DNA of 64,000 nucleotides from Planctomycetota bacterium (GTDB lineage Bacteria; Planctomycetota; Brocadiia; SM23-32; JAKLEA01): NCBI GenBank assembly GCA_022711755.1, contig JAKLEA010000001.1, positions 336,743 to 400,742 of the forward strand, read 5' to 3'. Shown piece by piece: positions 29,315 to 37,133 of this stretch (position 1 is its first letter; each line of letters starts with the position of its first letter). The notes under the pieces were generated by a model. It saw only the letters and a program-made list of their open reading frames with translations, ran no database searches and was not told where the DNA came from. The position numbers and the translations under genes were made by a program.

Positions 29315-32155
29315 GTGACCGCAATTCTCGGAATATCAGCCTTTTATCATGATTCCGCAGCCGCTCTGCTGGTTGACGGCAGGCTGGTCGCCGCTGCGCA
29401 GGAGGAGCGTTTCTCCCGCCTGAAGCATGACTCAGGATTCCCGACCCGGGCAATTTCATACTGCCTCGCGCATGCCGGTCTTACGCCCGATCAACTCGAT
29501 TATGTCGGCTTCTATGACAAGCCGTTGCTGAAATTCGACCGCCTGATCGAAACTTACCTGGCCTTCGCCCCGCGCGGATTCAACGCATTTCTGGAAGCGC
29601 TACCGCAATGGTCGCGGCAGAAACTCCGCCTGCCCGGAGAAATCAGAAAAGGTCTAGGCGACTCATTCCGCAAGCGCCCGATCTTCGCTGAACACCATGA
29701 ATCTCATGCGGCAGCGGCATTCTTCCCCTCCCCTTTCGATGAAGCCGCAATCCTTACCCTTGACGGCGTTGGCGAATGGGCCACCGGCAGCTTCGGAATC
29801 GGGCGCGGAAACCGCGTGACCGTCACTCACGAAACGCGATTCCCTCACTCGCTCGGCCTGCTTTACTCGGCATTCACCTGTTTCTGTGGATTCCGAGTCA
29901 ATTCCGGCGAATACAAGCTCATGGGGTTGGCCCCCTACGGCGAACCGAAATACTACGACCTGATTCTGGAAAAGCTCGTTGACCTGAAGGAGGATGGCTC
30001 TCTTTGGCTCGACCAGCGTTATTTCGATTACTGTCATGGACTCCGCATGACTTCCGACAGTTTCAACGATCTTTTCGGAGGAAAGCCGCGCGAACCGGAG
30101 ACGCCGATTACTGAGCGTGAAATGGACATCGCCGCGTCAATCCAGCGCGTCACAGAAGAAGTCATGCTCCGGGCGGCGCGGCGCGCCCATTCGGAAACCG
30201 GGATGAGAAAACTGTGCCTCTCAGGCGGAGTTGCACTGAATTGCGTCGGCAATGGACGCGTTTTGCGCGAGGGTCCGTTCGATGAAATCTGGATTCAACC
30301 GGCTGCCGGAGACGCCGGAGGCGCAATCGGCGTCGCTTATCTGATATGGCATCAACTGCTGGGCAAAGAACGTGTCCCCGACGCTGCTGATTCCCAGCAG
30401 GGATCGCTTCTGGGACCATCATATAGCGACGACGAAATCGCGTCGTTCCTGAAATCCGAGCGCGCCGCGCATGACACAGCTTCGGACGATGACGACCTGT
30501 GCGGACGCGCCGCGAAGCTGATCGCGCAGGGAAAGGTTGCCGGCTGGTTCCAGGGGCGCATGGAGTTCGGCCCGAGGGCGCTGGGGGCGCGCAGCATCCT
30601 GGGCGATGCTCGCAATGACGCAATGCAGACCAAGCTCAACATGAAGGTCAAATTCCGCGAGAGCTTTCGGCCCTTTGCGCCGTCAGTGTTGGTTGAACAT
30701 ACCGAGGATTATTTCGATATTGCGCCGGCCCGGGAAAGTCCATATATGCTCCTCGTCTCGCGTGTCAAGAACGACAAACTCCTGCACCATACCGAGACTC
30801 CCCCGCGAAGCATTGATAAACTCGCCGTGAAACGCTCCGTCATCCCGGCTGTCACACACGTTGATTGTTCAGCTCGGATGCAGACCGTGGATGCGGCGCG
30901 GCACGGCGTTTATCACAAACTTCTCATGAAATTCAACGAGGTGACAGGCTGCCCCGTCGTTGTCAACACGAGCTTCAACCTGAGCTGGGATCCGATCGTC
31001 TGCTCCCCGCAGGATGCATACCGCACTTTCATGACCTCCGACATTGACGCGCTCTGCATGGGCAGGCACATCCTGCTCAAAGAAAAGCAACCGGCATTCG
31101 TTTCTGATGAAGTTGCGACAAGCCCAGTCGGTTTCCTGCCTGACCTGTGGATATGCCCGCGATGCGGCGGCGAACTCTATGTTACACGCGGCGAGATTGC
31201 CTGCCGGTCCTGCTCGGCGGGATACCGCATTCAGGGCAACATCCCTCTGATCTTCGAATCGCACGCCGGATCGCATTCACCGGATGACGTGACAGGACGG
31301 ATCAAGGCCTTCTACGAAGAGACCCCCTTCCCCAACTACGACGAGCACGACACGCTGCGCTCATTGATTGAAAAATCCCGCCGTGGCGTCTACGCCCGAC
31401 GGCTTGACGAAGCGATACCCTTCAACAGCAACGTTCTGGAAGTCGGCTGCGGAACCGGGCAGTTGAGTAACTTCCTCGGGATCGCCTGCCGTAGAGTCGT
31501 CGGCACGGATATCTCGCTCAGTTCATTGAAACTGGCGGAGGAATTTCGGGCGCGGCATGATCTCCGTCGTGTCCGCTTCGCGCAGATGAACCTCTTTCGC
31601 CCATGCTTCCGCGGCGGAGCCTTCGACGTCGTCCTGTGCAACGGGGTTCTCCATCACACCAGCGACCCATTCGGCGGGCTTCAATCAATCGCGTCGCTGG
31701 CGAAGCCCGGAGGATACGTCTTCATTGGACTCTACAACCGCTATGGCCGCCTGATGACCGACCTGCGCAGATTGATCTTCAATATAACGGGCGGACGCGG
31801 GGATTCGCTTGACCCGCGACTGCGTTCCGAGAGGCTTAAGGGTGGAAAACGCGAGGCGTGGTTCAAGGATCAGTATCAGAATCCGCACGAATCAAAGCAC
31901 TCAATCGGCCAGGTTCTTGATTGGTTTAACAAGTGCGGGCTGGATTTCGTGCGGGGGATTCCATCGGTTGCGCCGTTCGAAGACGAGGCGAACTGCGGGT
32001 TGTTCGATCCGGTCGCGCCCGGCAACGCGCTGGACCATCTTGCGGTTCAACTCAAGCACGTCTTCACCGGTAGCCGTGAAGGCGGGTTCTTTGTCATGAT
32101 CGGACGCAGACGCGAGCGCGCCGCTGGAGGACGCATACCGCATGGCCGCACATGA
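29315..32155 (+). CDS. Carbamoyltransferase (NodU/CmcH/SxtI family) fused to a Cys4 zinc ribbon and a class I SAM-dependent methyltransferase
   Basis: The N-terminus MTAILGISAFYHDSAAALLVDGRLVAAAQEERFSR is canonical for the family. The zinc ribbon is CPRCGG...CRSC. The MT motif I is VLEVGCGTGQ and the post-I region is VLCNGVLHH. Confidence 0.85.
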   Translation: MTAILGISAFYHDSAAALLVDGRLVAAAQEERFSRLKHDSGFPTRAISYCLAHAGLTPDQLDYVGFYDKPLLKFDRLIETYLAFAPRGFNAFLEALPQWSRQKLRLPGEIRKGLGDSFRKRPIFAEHHESHAAAAFFPSPFDEAAILTLDGVGEWATGSFGIGRGNRVTVTHETRFPHSLGLLYSAFTCFCGFRVNSGEYKLMGLAPYGEPKYYDLILEKLVDLKEDGSLWLDQRYFDYCHGLRMTSDSFNDLFGGKPREPETPITEREMDIAASIQRVTEEVMLRAARRAHSETGMRKLCLSGGVALNCVGNGRVLREGPFDEIWIQPAAGDAGGAIGVAYLIWHQLLGKERVPDAADSQQGSLLGPSYSDDEIASFLKSERAAHDTASDDDDLCGRAAKLIAQGKVAGWFQGRMEFGPRALGARSILGDARNDAMQTKLNMKVKFRESFRPFAPSVLVEHTEDYFDIAPARESPYMLLVSRVKNDKLLHHTETPPRSIDKLAVKRSVIPAVTHVDCSARMQTVDAARHGVYHKLLMKFNEVTGCPVVVNTSFNLSWDPIVCSPQDAYRTFMTSDIDALCMGRHILLKEKQPAFVSDEVATSPVGFLPDLWICPRCGGELYVTRGEIACRSCSAGYRIQGNIPLIFESHAGSHSPDDVTGRIKAFYEETPFPNYDEHDTLRSLIEKSRRGVYARRLDEAIPFNSNVLEVGCGTGQLSNFLGIACRRVVGTDISLSSLKLAEEFRARHDLRRVRFAQMNLFRPCFRGGAFDVVLCNGVLHHTSDPFGGLQSIASLAKPGGYVFIGLYNRYGRLMTDLRRLIFNITGGRGDSLDPRLRSERLKGGKREAWFKDQYQNPHESKHSIGQVLDWFNKCGLDFVRGIPSVAPFEDEANCGLFDPVAPGNALDHLAVQLKHVFTGSREGGFFVMIGRRRERAAGGRIPHGRT

Positions 32156-32561
32156 TTTAAACTGGAACCCATCGAAACGGCAGACGCGGCTTATCGCCTG
32201 TGCCATCCTGCCTGGGATGCTGGCCATCGCCGGTGGAGTTTTGGCGTTACGCAGCGATTCCTTGCAATCCGCAGCGCCCCTCTGGATCGTATCCGCAGCG
32301 ATTTCTTTGACATGCCTTGCGCTACCCCAGATCGGGTGGCTGCTTTACCTGCTTTTCAACTGCGTTACGTATCCAATCACATGGGCGCTTTCGCGCCTTG
32401 TGCCTGCGATTCTCTTCTACCTGGTACTCACGCCTTTCGGAGTTCTGCTCAGGTTGATCGGGAGGGACGCGCTTAAATTGAAGCGCGATTCCGACGCTCG
32501 CTCATTCTGGACTCCGCGGGAGCAGCCGGATAGCATGGAAAGGTACTTCAAACAGTTCTGA
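32142..32561 (+). CDS. SxtJ-like small polytopic membrane protein
   Basis: It is a 139-aa protein with about 4 TM helices. Its C-terminal LTPFGVLLRLIGRDALKLKRD...FWTPRE...YFKQF pattern resembles the SxtJ family. It overlaps the carbamoyltransferase stop. Confidence 0.5.
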   Translation: MAAHDLNWNPSKRQTRLIACAILPGMLAIAGGVLALRSDSLQSAAPLWIVSAAISLTCLALPQIGWLLYLLFNCVTYPITWALSRLVPAILFYLVLTPFGVLLRLIGRDALKLKRDSDARSFWTPREQPDSMERYFKQF

Positions 32562-32574
32562 ACGCGGGGCGGCA

Positions 32575-32790
32575 ATGGCTGATTCAAGCGAGATACAAAA
32601 GGACGCGCAAAAGGAACTCAACCGGCTGGCCGAGTCAAGGCAGCCGGGCTTCATGCGCGAGCTTGTTGATCTTGTTCTCCATAATAAAAAATGGTGGATG
32701 ATCCCGATCATCGTTGTCCTGCTTCTGGGCGGATTGCTGGTCATCGCCACCAGCAGCTCCGCCTCGGCGTTGATCTACGCGCTGTTCTGA
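32575..32790 (+). CDS. SxtK/DUF5989-like small membrane protein
   Basis: It is 71 aa. The motif KKWWMIPIIVVLLLGGLLVIATSSSASALIYALF matches the DUF5989 pattern. Confidence 0.55.
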   Translation: MADSSEIQKDAQKELNRLAESRQPGFMRELVDLVLHNKKWWMIPIIVVLLLGGLLVIATSSSASALIYALF

Positions 32791-32817
32791 CCTTGGAGTG
32801 CGGTCGTCTGCTGTGCA

Positions 32818-32985
32818 GACGCGTCTTGCTGCCGCCTTGCCGTTTGGCGAAGCTTGCTTCGCCATGAAGCTTTGCTTCGGCACAAAGCGTTGTCTCACCG
32901 GGCAGCCATGATGCGACCTTCGAAGAACTCTCGCAAGCAAGCTTGCGAAACAACAAGGCGCAAGCAAGCTTGCGCACTCCAAGGA
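32818..32985. repeat. Cluster of short palindromes and inverted repeats built on an AAGCTTGC core. Candidate operator array upstream of the 1372-aa gene.
   Basis: Four elements are present: TGGCGAAG-cttg-CTTCGCCA, GAAGC-ttt-GCTTC, and GCAAGCAAGCTTGCG twice. Confidence 0.5.
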
Positions 32986-33014
32986 AAACCATGCCGATCT
33001 CTGGAGGATTCGCG

Positions 33015-36000
33015 ATGCGCCGTCTCATTTCAATTCTGTTTATTTTGACATCCTCCACCCTCTTCGCCCAGGAAGCTCCGCCTCCCGCCGCGAAATTGGA
33101 AGGTGGACTTCTCAACGTCGTCTGGCAGAAGGCGTTCTCTCCCAACATGTATGGTTCCGCCAACCACGCCGACCTTGACGGCGACGGCAAGTCTGAAATC
33201 ATCTTCATCACGACGCTGGACAAGAAGCTCCACGCGATGCGGCTGGACGGCTCGTTCCTCTTCGAGACGCCCATCCGCCAGAACGCCGTCAGCAACCCGT
33301 CTGTGATTGACGTTGACGGGGACGGCAAGGTCGAGATCGTCTTCGGCACCGACGCCGGGGACAAGAGCAACCTGTTCTGCGTCAATAACGATGGCAACAT
33401 CCGCTGGAAGACTCCCCTGCTCTCCCCCGTCCAGTGGACGACGGCCGTTCCGATTACGTTCAACCTCGCCGGGGAAAAGGCCATCTGCGTCGGATCGGCC
33501 AGCGGGTATCTCTACTGCTTCGACAAGGAAGGCCATCCGCTCTGGGTTTTCGACACCTCGTCAGAATATTCGCGCTCGATAACTGAACTGAACCCCTTCG
33601 GACTGACACCGGCGAAGCCGAAGGAAGGCGAGCCGGACGTTTACGCAATTCAGGGGCATCTGGCCGCAGGCGACGTGAACTCCGACGGATGGGACGAGAT
33701 TCTTTTCCCGACCGATCGTGGCGTTCTCTTCTGCCTGGACAGGCATGGGCGTATTGTCTGGAAATGCCGACTCGGGGCAGGAACGTCAACTGGGCCGGTG
33801 ATCGCCGATCTCAACAAGGACGGCAAGCCGGAGGTTGTCTGCGGCGGCGGGACGGAGGACGCCGGGGCCGTCATGGCGCTGGCGGGCGCGACCGGGGAAC
33901 TGCTCTGGAAATGCCCGATTGCAGGGGAGATAGACTCACCCCTTGCGGTTGCCGACACAGACAATGACGGCAGTTACGAAATCTTCGCGCTGAACACATC
34001 CGCTCATATTTACTGCATTGACGCGAAGGGAGAAAAGCGTTGGGAGAACTTCGCCGCCGGCGGATCATGGTCCGCGCCGCTGCTGGCCGACCTCGACAAC
34101 AACGGGAGAATGGAAATCATCGCCGGGCTGAAATCAGGCAAGCTCGCCGTCTTTACTCAAGGCAACGGGAAACTGCTTCAGGAGGAATGGCTGACAAGCC
34201 CAAGCTACGCATCCCCCACCCTCGGCGATTTCGACTCGGACGGGCGGCTGGACGTTATCGTCCCGCTCAGGGGCGGAGTTATGACGCTTCTGACCAGCGC
34301 CAAGCCTTCGGGCAAGGTCGGCTGGGCAAGCTGGCGCAACGACCCCACGCAGACCGCCTGTCTCTGGAAATCCGACGCCAAACCGGTCGAGACCGCTCCG
34401 CGCGGTAGTCTTGACGGTGTCTTTATTCTCAGCGAGTATCAGGCCGACCCGGACAAGCCTTACCGAATCGAGATTCTGGCACAGGACGGCGGAAACGAAA
34501 CGGAATGCAGGCTTGAGTTGTTGCGCGACGAGAAGATTCTCTGGACCGGAACCTGTACCCTGGAAGGCATCGGGGCCGCAAGAAGAGGGCGGACCGAGAT
34601 TACCTTTGGCGATATCGAAGACGGCCCGGCAACTTTCAAGGTGATGGTTGGCGGAAAGGAATTCCAGCGTAAGATGGCAGTTGCGTCGGAAGCAAAGGTC
34701 CGCGACAAAATAGCGAAGTTGAACGCGGCATTACCAGCCGCCAGAGAGCATGCCGAGAAACGCGCCGATTCTTTCGCTTCCGCGATTTCCGCCGAAATGC
34801 TCAGCGATTTCGCCGAGGAGTGCGTATCCGAAGGCGATCTGGCGCTGGCGTCACGGGTGGCCGATTACGCTCGATATCGTATCCAGGAATGCGAAATGGG
34901 CGTATCTGATTCGGTGGGGATTAGGATTGACGAACCGGTTAGAAATAAACTTGTCATTAGTCAGAACAGTAATCTCAGCATATGGTATAAAAATAGAGGA
35001 TTTTGTACGACTTGCCCCGTGCCTGGTGATTCTCTCGATTTCGAGCTATCGGGCCTTCTCAAGGGCAAGCCCCTTGATCGCGACTATGTCTTCGAGGTAC
35101 GGCTGATTGATTCTTTCGGCACTGAAATAGCCAGAACCGATATTGTTCCGGATACTCCGACGTCGAGATGGCGCCCGGAAGCGGGTGTTTACCTGCCCAT
35201 AGCTACCATCAATATCCCTCGACAACTGGCAGACAGCATCACAAAACCCATTGTTAACCCACCAATTTACGAAGGAACCCATCATCTCGTTCTAAACGTC
35301 AAAGAGCCGGGAACCGGTAATGAACTCCGACTCGGCAAAATCTTCGATAGCTCCGCTCCCTTCCGAGGTTGCAAACTGCTCACGACTTTTGACATTTATG
35401 ACAGTCCCATGATCATACGTAAAATCTATACAGACCTTGGGAAAACAGTTAGAATCATTATAAATCGCAGACGAAACACCGCGGATAAAGCATCTGTCCG
35501 TTTGTCCCTGATATCTCCTGGCGGCGGAGTTCTCTGGGATGCGTCTTCCCCGGTACCGGACGGGTTGACTGCCGTATGCGTATTCAGACACCCAGCATTA
35601 GATCCAAGTCTAGGAACAGAATTCCGGGCGGAACTCTATATCGGCCAAACACTCGAGTCGCGTGTATCCGTGCCAGCGCTAGGAGCGAGAGTAGACAATC
35701 ATGTATCAGTCAGTAAGGAAAATCAACTTGTGGCGGGCGACGACGGCTTATGGACTCCGATACTGATATATGGACTCGCGGAGCAGGGAGCCGATGTCTC
35801 AGTGGAAGTATTTGCCAATGGTCTGCCCTACGCCTCTTTTAAGTCCTTAAAACCGAATGCCGAAGGAAGACTTCATGAGACCCTCAAGGTCCGCCCCCAT
35901 TTCGGCACCTTCGACGTCCACGTCACCGCCACAAAAGGCGACAAGAAGGTCATCAGCGGACACAAGCTCATCGCCACCGTCGTCGAAGTCCGGGACAACC

Positions 36001-37061
36001 GCCTCTACGTCAACGGCGAGCCGTTCATCCTGAAATCCGTCAACGTTCACGGCCTCCACGGGGGCAGCCGCGCCATCACCGCCAACACCATGCGCGTTCT
36101 TAAGGAGCACGGTTTCAACAACCTTCGCGCCGACTGGCCCCCGCTCTGGCAGGTCCAACTCGCCGGAGAACTCGGTCTGACCTACATGCCCCTCGGCCCG
36201 TTCTCCTGCACAGACACGGACAAAATATACCAGCGCTACATCACCAACGACCCCCTCTACGGCGTGCGCCGCGAGACGCAGGATTTCATCGAGATGTTCC
36301 GCGATGAAGCCGCTGTCCTCCTCTGGAACAGCGCGAACGAAACCGGCGGCGAAATCACCGAGATGCTCATTGACATGTACCCCCTGTTCAAGACGCTCGA
36401 TCCGTATCAGCGCCCCGTCGTCTACGCCAACCTCGGCGAACAGGGCGAATATCGCGGCATGGACATCGTCGGCGTGAACCTTTACACCGGCTTCCGCATT
36501 GACCCGCGCGCCAACCAGTCCGTCATCGAATACCTGACCAAGACCAACCTTGCCCGCGGCAAGGCCGTGATCTTCACGGAGTTCAACAACTGGTACGGCC
36601 CCGTCCACCGCCCCGGCGCGGAGTGCATCTTCACAATGGGGCAATACGGGCTGGACATGGGCATGACGGGCACGACGCTTTACAAATCCTGCGACGTGCC
36701 GGAGCATCATCCCGGCCTGTTCACGTCGGACGAATCGCTTGGCCGAATAAACCGCCCGATGAGCGACGCGCTCAAGACCTTCCACGCCGACGTTGAGCTT
36801 GCATGGACCGCACCCGACGCGATCACGATCAAGAACCGCCGCGACTTCACGATTCAGAAACCCGTCCTCGCGGTGAGATTCCCAGACAGTCCGCGCAACG
36901 TCTGCGAACCGATTAAGCTTGACAACATCCCGCCGAAATCGGAGAGGATTGTCAAAATCGCCGAAATCGGGAGTATGAACTGCATTGACACGAGGGTGGA
37001 CCACGAGACCCATTACGGATTGAAGACATTCCGCGAGGTCCGGTTGCTCAAAACACAATAG
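33015..37061 (+). CDS. Giant secreted protein: N-terminal FG-GAP/PQQ-like beta-propeller repeats plus a C-terminal glycoside-hydrolase (clan GH-A-like) TIM barrel
   Basis: Signal peptide MRRLISILFILTSSTLFAQEA. Repeated D-x-D/N-x-D-G-x-x-E-I/V motifs occur at least 8 times. The C-terminal region NGEPFILKSVNVHGLHGG...WNSANETGG resembles GH2/GH5-type barrels. The ORF track start is 32943. Confidence 0.7.
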   Translation: MRRLISILFILTSSTLFAQEAPPPAAKLEGGLLNVVWQKAFSPNMYGSANHADLDGDGKSEIIFITTLDKKLHAMRLDGSFLFETPIRQNAVSNPSVIDVDGDGKVEIVFGTDAGDKSNLFCVNNDGNIRWKTPLLSPVQWTTAVPITFNLAGEKAICVGSASGYLYCFDKEGHPLWVFDTSSEYSRSITELNPFGLTPAKPKEGEPDVYAIQGHLAAGDVNSDGWDEILFPTDRGVLFCLDRHGRIVWKCRLGAGTSTGPVIADLNKDGKPEVVCGGGTEDAGAVMALAGATGELLWKCPIAGEIDSPLAVADTDNDGSYEIFALNTSAHIYCIDAKGEKRWENFAAGGSWSAPLLADLDNNGRMEIIAGLKSGKLAVFTQGNGKLLQEEWLTSPSYASPTLGDFDSDGRLDVIVPLRGGVMTLLTSAKPSGKVGWASWRNDPTQTACLWKSDAKPVETAPRGSLDGVFILSEYQADPDKPYRIEILAQDGGNETECRLELLRDEKILWTGTCTLEGIGAARRGRTEITFGDIEDGPATFKVMVGGKEFQRKMAVASEAKVRDKIAKLNAALPAAREHAEKRADSFASAISAEMLSDFAEECVSEGDLALASRVADYARYRIQECEMGVSDSVGIRIDEPVRNKLVISQNSNLSIWYKNRGFCTTCPVPGDSLDFELSGLLKGKPLDRDYVFEVRLIDSFGTEIARTDIVPDTPTSRWRPEAGVYLPIATINIPRQLADSITKPIVNPPIYEGTHHLVLNVKEPGTGNELRLGKIFDSSAPFRGCKLLTTFDIYDSPMIIRKIYTDLGKTVRIIINRRRNTADKASVRLSLISPGGGVLWDASSPVPDGLTAVCVFRHPALDPSLGTEFRAELYIGQTLESRVSVPALGARVDNHVSVSKENQLVAGDDGLWTPILIYGLAEQGADVSVEVFANGLPYASFKSLKPNAEGRLHETLKVRPHFGTFDVHVTATKGDKKVISGHKLIATVVEVRDNRLYVNGEPFILKSVNVHGLHGGSRAITANTMRVLKEHGFNNLRADWPPLWQVQLAGELGLTYMPLGPFSCTDTDKIYQRYITNDPLYGVRRETQDFIEMFRDEAAVLLWNSANETGGEITEMLIDMYPLFKTLDPYQRPVVYANLGEQGEYRGMDIVGVNLYTGFRIDPRANQSVIEYLTKTNLARGKAVIFTEFNNWYGPVHRPGAECIFTMGQYGLDMGMTGTTLYKSCDVPEHHPGLFTSDESLGRINRPMSDALKTFHADVELAWTAPDAITIKNRRDFTIQKPVLAVRFPDSPRNVCEPIKLDNIPPKSERIVKIAEIGSMNCIDTRVDHETHYGLKTFREVRLLKTQ

Positions 37062-37133
37062 CGAATGCCGGCGCGGTCTGAGGAAGAATATCGGGCGATG
37101 CTCGCTACTCTATCCGTGGAAGTAGTTGGGAAA

